Below, in pieces: positions 16,310-24,570 of a stretch of DNA of 25,018 bases; the first letter of the stretch is position 1, and each line of letters starts with the position of its first letter. The position numbers and the translations under genes are program-made. The DNA comes from a virus (Duplodnaviria; Caudoviricetes). The stretch is from positions 1 through 25,018 of IMG/VR virus record IMGVR_UViG_3300044878_000156. One strand, written 5' to 3'. A model generated the notes under the pieces. That model made no database searches, was not told the origin of the DNA, and saw only the letters and a list, made by a program, of their open reading frames with translations.

Positions 16310-16344
16310 TGTTCCTTGCTTTTCCGTAGGGGTGGGGGTAAGGT
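16309..16344 (+). promoter_or_regulatory. Putative late promoter
   Basis: TTGCTT(16316-21)-17-TAAGGT(16339-44); shares GTGTTCCTTGCTT with the cro promoter. Confidence 0.6.
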
Positions 16345-16393
16345 TTTCTTAGAGTGCGATTAGTGGCTGAGAAACCGGCCCCCGCACACAACT

Positions 16394-16437
16394 TGAAGCC
16401 CCGCCAGTGTCCCCCAGACCGGCGGGGCTTCACTGTT
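16394..16437 (+). terminator. Strong hairpin ~45 nt into the late leader (tR'-like)
   Basis: TGAAGCCCCGCC/GGCGGGGCTTCA 12-bp stem with a weak U-tail. Confidence 0.55.
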
Positions 16438-16653
16438 GCCCCACCCGAAAGGGCAGGGCGAGCGCAACGGCCGTAGACCGTTGCTCCGCCGGGGGCGGGA
16501 GTGCTGCAGACCCTTCCGCCCCTAGCACCAAGGACCAACCATGTAGGCGCCGCTACCGCCCGGATGGTGACAGATGAGACACACAACCGAAAGGGGAACT
16601 CATCTCCCGCGCAGGGTCAAGCGCAGGCCGCTCGCTGGGAAGCGCCGGCGCAC

Positions 16654-16726
16654 GGCAGTAGAAGAGGCAAGGTGCCAGGGCTGGCTGTAAACCGGTCCAC
16701 GGTAGGTTCGATTCCTACTGCTGCCA
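16654..16726 (+). tRNA. Non-canonical tRNA-Tyr(GTA)
   Basis: Acceptor GGCAGTA/TGCTGCC, A73, anticodon loop CT-GTA-AA, T-arm GTAGG-TTCGATT-CCTAC. D-arm is aberrant, variable loop is short, no encoded CCA. Confidence 0.7.
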
Positions 16727-16821
16727 CGGCGACCAATGTCGCTCCCATGAGTAAGACCGCCGGACTATTCACCCGGCAGGCGCCCGCGGCCCGGAGGCGC
16801 CCAACAAATATCCGGAGACCA

Positions 16822-16894
16822 GGGTCTCTAGCCCAACGGCAGAGGCGACAGGCTCAAACCCTGCACAGTCCCGGTTCAAATCCGGGGAGGCCCA
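16822..16894 (+). tRNA. tRNA-Leu(CAA), short-variable-loop actinobacterial type
   Basis: GGGTCTC/GAGGCCC acceptor, TAGCCCAACGGCAGAGGC D-arm, loop CT-CAA-AC, CCCGG-TTCAAAT-CCGGG T-arm; no encoded CCA. Confidence 0.85.
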
Positions 16895-16987
16895 CTGACG
16901 GGGAAAGCGTATCGACCAACCATCGAGGCAACGCGATCCAGCGAGTACCCGTCCACCCATCGACCATGAGAGCAGGTGAAGGCGCTT

Positions 16988-17485
16988 GTGCCAGCGAGCA
17001 AGTACACGGAAGCACAACGCGCCGAAGCCCTAGCCCTCTACGAGACGGACGGGCCCTCCGCCGTCACGGCACGCTTCGGCATCCCCAAGGGAACAGTCGC
17101 CGGCTGGGCTAAGGCGAACGGAACCCGAACGGTTCGGACGGCAAAAACCACGGCCGCCACCGAAGCGAAACAGGCGGACGCGAAAGCACTCCGGGCGATG
17201 CTCGCCTCCGACGGCCTCAGTGTCGCCCGGATGGCAACCGACCTGATCAAGGAACGCCTCCTCACCGAGGCGCACGAGATCCCCGTCAAGGATCTGGCAA
17301 CCATCTACGGCATCTTCGTGGACAAGCACGCAGTCATCACCAAGCTCGACGTCGGGCATCAGGATCATTCCGCCGTTGACAAGTGGCTGGACTTTATCAC
17401 CGGGGGTTCAAGTGGAGATGAGGCCCCTGGAGGGGAAGTCACTCCTAGCCCTGAACAACCCGTCAACGTCGATCCAGGCTTATGA
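16988..17485 (+). CDS. Terminase small subunit (N-terminal HTH)
   Basis: KYTEAQRAEALALY...RFGIPKGTVAGWAK HTH; directly upstream of and overlapping TerL. Confidence 0.75.
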   Translation: MPASKYTEAQRAEALALYETDGPSAVTARFGIPKGTVAGWAKANGTRTVRTAKTTAATEAKQADAKALRAMLASDGLSVARMATDLIKERLLTEAHEIPVKDLATIYGIFVDKHAVITKLDVGHQDHSAVDKWLDFITGGSSGDEAPGGEVTPSPEQPVNVDPGL

Positions 17486-18692
17486 GGGCAGCGTCCGGTC
17501 CGGGAAGACCATCACGTCCCTGATCGACTGGACGCGGTTCATCCGGACCGGCCCCGAAGGTCCCCTTGCCATGTGCGGGCGGACCGAGCGGACCGTGATC
17601 AACAACCTCATCCTCCCGCTGCAGTCGATGCTCGGCAAGGAACGCGTCAAGGTCAACTACGGTTCGGGTACGGCGTTCATTTGCGGCCGTGAGATCAACA
17701 TCTACGGCGCGAACAACGAGCAGGCGCAGACGAAGATCCAGGGCGCCACCCTTGTGGGCGCTTACGCGGATGAGGCCGCGACCCTGCCGGAGTCGTTCTT
17801 CTCCATGCTGTACTCGCGCCTGTCCGTTGAGGGCGCGAAGATGTGGCTGACGTCGAACCCTGCGGGGCCGGCGCACTGGCTGAAAACGAACTGGCTGGAC
17901 CATGCCGAACTGTGGATCGACGGTCAAGGCCGCTTCCACCGCCAGTCCGGTGAGGGCACGAAAGAACTCCACCGCTACACGTTCGTCCTGGACGATAACA
18001 AGAGCCTGCCCGCCGCGTACGTGGCCCGGACGAAGAAGTCCTACAGTGGGCTGTTCTACCGGCGCTACATCAACGCCGAATGGGTGGCTGCTGACGGGGC
18101 TGTCTTTGACTCGTGGGACCCTGACAAGCATGTCGTGAACCATGAAGAGCTGCCGGCGATGCGGCACGTCCTCGGCGTCGGTGTCGACTACGGCACCACG
18201 AACGCCACCTCGGCGGTCCTTCTGGGCCTCGGCGTGGACGGGGTGCTGTACGCGATCGACGAATGGCGCTACGACTCCCGGGCCGCCTCCATCCGGCTCA
18301 CCGACGGGCAGCTCTCCGCCGCCCTGAAGGACTGGCTCGCCGCACGGGAAGCCGAAGGGCACCGGCCCGAATGGGTGATCGTCGACCCGGCCGCCGCGTC
18401 ATTCAAAGTCCAGCTCGACCAGGACCGCGTCCAGAACGTCATCAACGGCGAGAACGACGTCCTCTACGGCATCCGGACCGTCTCCTCCCTGCTGAACGCG
18501 GGGAAGCTGCGGATCAGCGAGCGCTGCAAGGGCCTGATCAACGAAATGCCCGGCTACTCGTGGGACACGAAGGCGACGGAGAAGGGCGAGGACAAGCCCC
18601 TCAAGGTCGCGGACCACTCCATCGACGCGTTCCGCTACGCCGTCGCGACCACTGAAACGAACTGGCGCCCCTACGTGGACCTCGCCGCCTAA
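17418..18692 (+). CDS. Terminase large subunit (PBSX-type)
   Basis: Walker A GSVRSGKT, Walker B AYADE, TSNP, nuclease GVDYG and DHSIDAFRY. Confidence 0.95.
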   Translation: MRPLEGKSLLALNNPSTSIQAYEGSVRSGKTITSLIDWTRFIRTGPEGPLAMCGRTERTVINNLILPLQSMLGKERVKVNYGSGTAFICGREINIYGANNEQAQTKIQGATLVGAYADEAATLPESFFSMLYSRLSVEGAKMWLTSNPAGPAHWLKTNWLDHAELWIDGQGRFHRQSGEGTKELHRYTFVLDDNKSLPAAYVARTKKSYSGLFYRRYINAEWVAADGAVFDSWDPDKHVVNHEELPAMRHVLGVGVDYGTTNATSAVLLGLGVDGVLYAIDEWRYDSRAASIRLTDGQLSAALKDWLAAREAEGHRPEWVIVDPAAASFKVQLDQDRVQNVINGENDVLYGIRTVSSLLNAGKLRISERCKGLINEMPGYSWDTKATEKGEDKPLKVADHSIDAFRYAVATTETNWRPYVDLAA

Positions 18693-18711
18693 CCCCTTGG
18701 AAGGTTCCAGC

Positions 18712-18903
18712 ATGGCACTCATCCCCTCCCCAACGCCTGAAGATTCGCCAGCCTCGATGGGCGAAGGGCTGAACCCCGAACGCCACCGCGTGTCCAGCGA
18801 GGACAAGCTCCGCCTTATCCGCGACACGGTCGAATGCCAGACCCCATTCGGGACCGAGCTGGCGAATTTCCAGCGCCGCCTCCGCCTCATCCTCGATCTG
18901 TAA
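18712..18903 (+). CDS. Small hypothetical protein between TerL and portal
   Basis: GGAAGG RBS; fills the gap. Confidence 0.55.
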   Translation: MALIPSPTPEDSPASMGEGLNPERHRVSSEDKLRLIRDTVECQTPFGTELANFQRRLRLILDL

Positions 18904-18930
18904 CCCACCCCAAGCACTTAGGAGGCCATC

Positions 18931-20520
18931 ATGGCATTGCCCGCTAACGGCACAGCATGGCCCCCGGCTGAGCTCGCCCCGATCCTCGCCAAGTACCGCG
19001 AGTACGACTCGTGGACGAGCAACAACCTCGCGGCCCTCAGTGAGATTTACGGCAAGGGCACCGCGAACCGTCTGGGCGTGGTCCAGAAGATCCGGACCTG
19101 GTTCCTCGGCGCGAAGGCCAGCGGCCAGGTGGAGAACAACACGATCCACGTCTCCCTCGCGCAGGAGATCACCCGCACCAGTGCGAACCTGCTCTACTCC
19201 GAACCGGCACAGGCCACGGTCGTGCCGGCCACCGAGGGCGGGAACGTCGACACGGCCCAGGAGCGTCTGGACCTGATCGCGGGCCCCGACTTCGAACAGA
19301 CCATGATCTCCGCCGCCGAAGTCTCCTCCGGCCTCGGCGGGGTGTTCCTCCGCACCACCTGGGACGTGTCCACCCGCGACCACGTGTTCATCTCCAAGGT
19401 TGACCCGGACATGGCGTGGCCGGAGTTCCGCTGGGGCCAGCTGGTCGCGGTGACGTTCTGGCGCACGGTCAAGACCGAGAACACGGTCGTGTGGCGGCAC
19501 CTCGAACGGCACGAGCTCAACGCTGAGGGTATTGGCGTGATCGTGCACGGCCTGTACGTTGGCACAGCGCAGAACCTCGGCCAAGCCCACCCGTTCGAGG
19601 ACCACGAAGCCACCGCCTGGCTCACCAAGCAGGGTGAGGCGCTGATCGACGGCAACACCATCTCCACCCTCACCCCGGGCCTCGGCGCGGTGTACGCCCC
19701 GAACATCCTCCCCTCCTCCCTGTGGCGGCATGACCCGCTCGGCGCCAACCTCGGCCGGTCCGACCTGGAGGGCATCGAGCAGAAACTCGACGCCCTCGAC
19801 GAGCTGTACTCGTCCTGGCTGCGGGACATCCGCCTCGGCAAGGGCCGCCTCATCGTCGGTGAGTCGATGCTGCGGGACCTCGGCGCCGGGCTGGGTGCAG
19901 GGTTCGACCTTGACCAGACCATCTTCACCCCCGTGAAGGCCGCGCCGTCGTCCGCCGGGTCCGAGAAGATGGCGATCGAGAAGGTCCAGTTCGACATCCG
20001 GACCGAGGACTTCCTCGCCGCCATCGACCACTTCCGCCGCATCATCCTCGCCGCGGCCGGCTACTCCCCCTCCACGTTCGGGCTCACCGACGACGGGGCG
20101 GCGATGACGGCCACCGAGGTCGCGGCCCGGCAGCAGCTGTCCTTCACGACCCGGAAGCGGAAGATCCTCGGCCTGAAACCGGCCGAAGAGCAGATCCTGT
20201 CCAAGGCCCTCGCCGTGGACGCGGTCATCTTCCCCGGCAAGGGCGCGGAGCCGCTCGCGGTGACGGTGGAGTTCCCCGACGGTGTCCAGGATGATCCGAA
20301 GGCCATCGCCGAGGCGAACCAGCTGGACTACAATTCCCAGTCCTCCTCCATCGAGGAAAGGGTCCGGAAGCGGAACCCCGACTGGGATGACGTCAAGGTC
20401 GGCGAAGAGGTGGCCCGGATCAAGGACGAGTACGGGCTCGCGCCATTGGAAGATCCCGGCACCTTCGGGACCGACGGCGCCGGGGTCATACCTACATCAC
20501 CCTTTGGAGGGACCGCATGA
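18931..20520 (+). CDS. Portal protein (A118/SPP1-like)
   Basis: AGGAGG RBS; 529 aa after TerL; LGRSDL...LDELYS, GYSPSTFG, MTATEV motifs. Confidence 0.9.
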   Translation: MALPANGTAWPPAELAPILAKYREYDSWTSNNLAALSEIYGKGTANRLGVVQKIRTWFLGAKASGQVENNTIHVSLAQEITRTSANLLYSEPAQATVVPATEGGNVDTAQERLDLIAGPDFEQTMISAAEVSSGLGGVFLRTTWDVSTRDHVFISKVDPDMAWPEFRWGQLVAVTFWRTVKTENTVVWRHLERHELNAEGIGVIVHGLYVGTAQNLGQAHPFEDHEATAWLTKQGEALIDGNTISTLTPGLGAVYAPNILPSSLWRHDPLGANLGRSDLEGIEQKLDALDELYSSWLRDIRLGKGRLIVGESMLRDLGAGLGAGFDLDQTIFTPVKAAPSSAGSEKMAIEKVQFDIRTEDFLAAIDHFRRIILAAAGYSPSTFGLTDDGAAMTATEVAARQQLSFTTRKRKILGLKPAEEQILSKALAVDAVIFPGKGAEPLAVTVEFPDGVQDDPKAIAEANQLDYNSQSSSIEERVRKRNPDWDDVKVGEEVARIKDEYGLAPLEDPGTFGTDGAGVIPTSPFGGTA

Positions 20521-20783
20521 GCGTCAAAGTAACCGTATCCTGCCCGATATGCAGGAAGAGCATCAGCTACGAGCACAAGGAAGAGGGCGCATGGGGCACC
20601 ATCGCGCTCCGGGACTTCGCCATCGTGGAACTCACCGCTCATGACGCGGGTCCCCGCGAGCACATGATGACCCACTATCACGACGGCACATGGGCCAACG
20701 CGGTCCGCGAACACGCTGCGGCCACGACGGCCTTTATGGACCGATTGGAAGCCCAGCAGGTAGCCCCAACTTCCACAGAGTAG
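20517..20783 (+). CDS. Hypothetical protein (CPIC)
   Basis: GGAGG RBS, ATGA coupling. Confidence 0.65.
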   Translation: MSVKVTVSCPICRKSISYEHKEEGAWGTIALRDFAIVELTAHDAGPREHMMTHYHDGTWANAVREHAAATTAFMDRLEAQQVAPTSTE

Positions 20784-20792
20784 GATTCCCCC

Positions 20793-21875
20793 ATGGCGAT
20801 CCGCCCGGACGATGCCGCAGTGCTGGCCAAGGACCTCCGCGAACTCTTCGCGGAGGCCGAAACCACGCTGCTCCAGCGCATTGCCCGGGCCCTCGCCAAG
20901 GGATCGGACGCCCCGGACTGGGCCGAGCAGAAGCTGCTGGGTATTCAGGCGCTCTCCCGGCAGGTCGAGGGCATCCTCGCTGATCTGGCCGCCAACGTGC
21001 CTGGGGCTGTGGAGCGCGCCGTGGGGCTGGCGTACAACCGCGGGATCGCTACTGCCGGGACGGAGCTGACCGCGGCGGGGCTGGTGCATGGTGCGTTCGG
21101 GGAAGTTCAGGCCACCTCGGCCGCTGCGGCGATCGTCTCGGAAACCACGGCACGGCTCACCCCGATGTCGTTCCAGATCCGCCGGGCCGTGAACGACGTC
21201 TACCAGCAGGTGGTTACTCGAGTCGTGGCGCAGACCGCGCTCGGGACGATGACCCGGCGGGAAGCGTCCCGCGACATCCTCACCCGGCTGGCCGCGCAAG
21301 GCGTGACCGGATTCCGCGACACCGCCGGCAGGAACTGGAACATGGCCTCCTACGCGGAGATGGCCGCGAGGTCTGCAACCTCGAACGCCATGCTTCAGGG
21401 CCACACGGACCGCATCCAGGAACTCGGCATCGACACGGTGATCGTGTCGAACGCTCCGGAAGAGTGTAAGGTGTGCCGCCCATTCGAGGGCAAGGTCCTT
21501 TCCCTCTCCGGGCGCACCACGGGCAGGCTCAAAGACGGCAAGACGGTCGTCGCGTCCCTCGCCCAGGCGAAGAGCGCCGGGCTGTTCCACAACAACTGCC
21601 GACACTCCCACTCGATCTACCTGCCCGGCATCACCAAGGGCCCCGGCAATGACACCGCAGACCCAGCAGGTGACGCGCTCCGGCAGCAACAGCGCGCCTA
21701 CGAGCGCCGCATCCGGGAACTGAAACGCCAGGACGCCATCGCGCAAGAGTTCGGCGGCCCGCAAGCCACACAGGCCCGAGGCAAGCTCCGCGCCAAGCAG
21801 TCAGAATTCAAAGCCTGGCGCGAAGACAACGACCGGAAGAACCTCGCCTACAGGACGTCGCTCGTCGCCCGCTAG
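20793..21875 (+). CDS. Minor capsid / head morphogenesis protein
   Basis: GRNWNMASYAEM, CKVCRPFEGKV, GLFHNNCRH, QRAYERRIR motifs. Confidence 0.88.
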   Translation: MAIRPDDAAVLAKDLRELFAEAETTLLQRIARALAKGSDAPDWAEQKLLGIQALSRQVEGILADLAANVPGAVERAVGLAYNRGIATAGTELTAAGLVHGAFGEVQATSAAAAIVSETTARLTPMSFQIRRAVNDVYQQVVTRVVAQTALGTMTRREASRDILTRLAAQGVTGFRDTAGRNWNMASYAEMAARSATSNAMLQGHTDRIQELGIDTVIVSNAPEECKVCRPFEGKVLSLSGRTTGRLKDGKTVVASLAQAKSAGLFHNNCRHSHSIYLPGITKGPGNDTADPAGDALRQQQRAYERRIRELKRQDAIAQEFGGPQATQARGKLRAKQSEFKAWREDNDRKNLAYRTSLVAR

Positions 21876-22171
21876 TCCCCGACGTCGCAGCCGAAACCAA
21901 CAATGCTGCTGAGCTCATCCTCTGTCGTGCACATGTCGTTGACGAACACGGTGCCGCTCACCTCAAGGTAGCCGTCCGGTCCGTAAGCCTTGACAAGCCG
22001 GGACTTCCCAAGCTTTTCCGGATCGTTGGATGGCGTGAACGCTCGGACACGGATAGCGCCGTTGTCCATCAGCCTGTAGCCGTGCAGCTCGCCATTGGCG
22101 TCGTCGTAGCGGTCCACCGCATCGTCCCCGCGGCCACCGCTCATCCTGCGCACCCGAACAACAACACTCAC
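21872..22171 (-). CDS. Antisense-oriented hypothetical protein (99 aa) in the head operon
   Basis: AAGGGG RBS before GTG 22171; globular-looking sequence; stop overlaps the minor capsid stop. Confidence 0.65.
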   Translation of the reverse strand: MSVVVRVRRMSGGRGDDAVDRYDDANGELHGYRLMDNGAIRVRAFTPSNDPEKLGKSRLVKAYGPDGYLEVSGTVFVNDMCTTEDELSSIVGFGCDVGD

Positions 22172-22262
22172 GGATTTCCCCTTACTGGCCGCCGCCCATC
22201 GGCAGGCCATCTACAAGCGTACTCATCGCGTACGACAACGACTGCCCACCTTGGAGGAAAGC

Positions 22263-22964
22263 ATGCCCCGCAAGACCATTCACGGTATCGACCCCTACGC
22301 CCCGGGCGGCATCGAAGCCCTCCTCGCGCACCACCGGCTGACTTTCGGGGACGCCGTCATGGAAGCCGGAGCGGGCGACCCAGCGCCGGCCGGAGATCCG
22401 GCTCCCGCTGGCGATCCTGCGGGCGATCCCGCCCCGACTGGCACTCCCGCCCCGCAGGGTGATCCGAAGCCCGCGGAGTGGGACGGCAAGGTCGAGTCCC
22501 TGCCTGCCGCCGCGCAGAAGGTCATCGCCGACCTGCGGAAGGAAGCCGGTGACGAGCGGGTCGCCGCGAAGACCCTCGCCGCGATCCAGTCCGCGCTCAA
22601 CCCGGACGCGAAAGCCGGGGAGAAACCCACCGCCGAAGCCCTCACCAAGGCGCTCACCGAGCGTGACGCCGACGCGAAGCAGGCCAAGACCGAACTCGCT
22701 GTCTTCCGCCTCGCGGCCAAACAGGGCGCCGACGCTGACGCCCTCCTAGATTCCCGCGCCTTCCTGGCGAAGATCGCGGAGCTCGACCCGACAGACGCGA
22801 AGGCCATCACCAAGGCCATCACGGAAGCGGTCACCGACAACCCCAAACTCAAGACGGTCCAGGCGGCCGGCGCGAGTGGCGCGAACTTCACCGGCGGGTC
22901 CGGCGAAGGCGCAACAAAACCCACCACCATCGCAGGCTCCGTAGCCGCACACTACGGCGCCTAA
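22263..22964 (+). CDS. Capsid scaffolding protein
   Basis: GGAGG RBS; GDPAPA repeats, Ala/Lys-rich helical body; precedes MCP. Confidence 0.85.
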   Translation: MPRKTIHGIDPYAPGGIEALLAHHRLTFGDAVMEAGAGDPAPAGDPAPAGDPAGDPAPTGTPAPQGDPKPAEWDGKVESLPAAAQKVIADLRKEAGDERVAAKTLAAIQSALNPDAKAGEKPTAEALTKALTERDADAKQAKTELAVFRLAAKQGADADALLDSRAFLAKIAELDPTDAKAITKAITEAVTDNPKLKTVQAAGASGANFTGGSGEGATKPTTIAGSVAAHYGA

Positions 22965-22982
22965 ACCGCTTAGGAGAACCCC

Positions 22983-23960
22983 TTGCCCATTACCCTCGCT
23001 GAGGCGACCAAGAACGCCCAGACCGACCTTGACGTCAACGTCATCGACGAGTTCCGCACCAACCCGATCATGGACCTCATCACCTTCGATGACGCCGTGA
23101 ACCCGGCCGGCGGCGGCGCGACCCTGACCTACGGTTACCGCCGGCTGCTGACCACGGCGACCGCCGCGACCCGTGCGATCAACTCCGAGTACGCCCCGCA
23201 GGAAGTCACCACGGTCCAGAAGACCGTGAACCTCGGCGTCCTCGGTGGCTCGTTCCAGGTCGACCGCGTCCTCGCCAAGGTCGGCCCGGCCGCGTCCGGC
23301 GCCGTCGCGCTGAACATCAGCCAGAAGATCAAGGCCACGCAGGCGAAGTTCGGCGACCTCGTCATCAACGGCGACACCGCCGTGGACGCGAACGGGTTCG
23401 ACGGCCTGTCCAAGGCCCTGACCGGCTCGTCCACGGAGAACACCGCCGTGCACGACTGGACCGGCCCGATGACGCAGGCCCTCGCGTTCCAGATCCTCAC
23501 GGACGTCGATGACCTGCTCTCCACCCTCGACGGTGCCGCCGGCATCCTGCTGGGCAACCGGAAGCTGATCAACCTGGTCAAGGCCGCTTCCCGGTTCGCG
23601 AACCAGGCCACGCAGGTCGTGGGCCCGCGCAACACCGCGCTGGTGACCTACGCCGGGGCGGTCCTGCAGGACGCCGGGCTCGTCGCCGGTTCCGCCTCCG
23701 ATGTCATCCCGGTCAACGCTACCGACCCGGACGGCGCCGGCCCGCTGGTCGCAGGTTCCACCGCCCTGTACGCGGTCCGCTTCGGCCTGGACGGCTTCCA
23801 CGGCGTGTCCACCGCGGGCGGCCAGATCGTCCAGACGTGGCTGCCGGACTTCTCCACCCCGGGAGCGGTCAAGACCGGCGAGGTTGAACTCGGCCCCGTC
23901 GCTGTCGCACTCAAAGCAAGCAAGGCCGCTGGCGTCTTCCGCAACGTCAAGGTCCAGTAA
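22983..23960 (+). CDS. Major capsid protein
   Basis: AGGAG RBS, TTG start, 325 aa, INGD...FDGL motif, strongly biased codon usage. Confidence 0.9.
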   Translation: MPITLAEATKNAQTDLDVNVIDEFRTNPIMDLITFDDAVNPAGGGATLTYGYRRLLTTATAATRAINSEYAPQEVTTVQKTVNLGVLGGSFQVDRVLAKVGPAASGAVALNISQKIKATQAKFGDLVINGDTAVDANGFDGLSKALTGSSTENTAVHDWTGPMTQALAFQILTDVDDLLSTLDGAAGILLGNRKLINLVKAASRFANQATQVVGPRNTALVTYAGAVLQDAGLVAGSASDVIPVNATDPDGAGPLVAGSTALYAVRFGLDGFHGVSTAGGQIVQTWLPDFSTPGAVKTGEVELGPVAVALKASKAAGVFRNVKVQ

Positions 23961-23964
23961 CGCC

Positions 23965-23999
23965 GTTGCGCGGGCGCCTGTCATGGGCGCCCGTGCAAC
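23965..23999 (+). terminator. Hairpin after the major capsid gene (terminator or mRNA stabiliser)
   Basis: GTTGCGCGGGCGCCT-gtcat-GGGCGCCCGTGCAAC; no U-tract. Confidence 0.6.
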
Positions 24000-24021
24000 C
24001 CCCAACCTTTAGGAGCCAAGC

Positions 24022-24552
24022 ATGGCAAAGATCACCGCCCCGTCCAAGGGGTTCAACGGCGAGGTCGGCGGCGTCCAGTTCACGGACGGCGAGGCCGAAA
24101 CCGACAACCAGGCAGTCATCAGCTATTGCCGCGGCGCCGGGTACACCGTCGACGGCACGGCCAAGGACCTGCCGCAGGCGCCGGAGTCCCCGGACCCCCG
24201 CGACGTCCCCGCACCCGAAGCGTCCACGCTCCGGGACGCCGCCGTGGATCCCCGCCCGGAGGATTACCTCGCGCCGACGAACGCGGGCACAGCCAACCCA
24301 CACGGCCCCGACGTCGTCTCCCCCGAGATCCACGCCTCGCAGGGTGTGCGCCCGGTCAAGGGCGGCGAGGTCCACGTCGACGACACCGCCAAGCAGGACG
24401 CCGCCGAAACCGCTCACGCGGAGCAGGAGTCGTTCACGGCTGAGGCCCCGGCCGGCAACGCATCCCAGGAGGACTGGGCAGCGTACGCCACCGCGCAGGG
24501 CCAGGACGTTGAGGGCCTGTCCCGCAACCAGATCCGCGACCTGTTCAACTAA
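24022..24552 (+). CDS. Head-associated hypothetical protein with small C-terminal helical (HeH/LEM-like) domain
   Basis: AGGAG RBS; C-terminal ASQEDWAAYA...GLSRNQIRDLF. Confidence 0.7.
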   Translation: MAKITAPSKGFNGEVGGVQFTDGEAETDNQAVISYCRGAGYTVDGTAKDLPQAPESPDPRDVPAPEASTLRDAAVDPRPEDYLAPTNAGTANPHGPDVVSPEIHASQGVRPVKGGEVHVDDTAKQDAAETAHAEQESFTAEAPAGNASQEDWAAYATAQGQDVEGLSRNQIRDLFN

Positions 24553-24570
24553 CCGCCAAGGAGGCCCGCA

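Noticed and set aside
16565-16610. Hammerhead ribozyme
   Set aside because: CAGATGAG and GAAA resemble the core, but the invariant CUGANGA is not matched and the three stems cannot be assembled.
16851-16860. Opal suppressor or Sec reading (TCA anticodon) of the second tRNA
   Set aside because: The canonical 7-nt loop CTCAAAC centres CAA, and the D-arm matches actinobacterial short-arm tRNA-Leu.
16501-17112. 203-aa ORF across the late leader
   Set aside because: It overlaps two tRNAs and TerS, has low-complexity Arg/Ala/Pro composition and lacks codon bias.
22370-22470. DNA repeat element in the scaffold gene
   Set aside because: The repeats encode a GDPAPA linker with synonymous variation, so this is an ordinary protein-level repeat.
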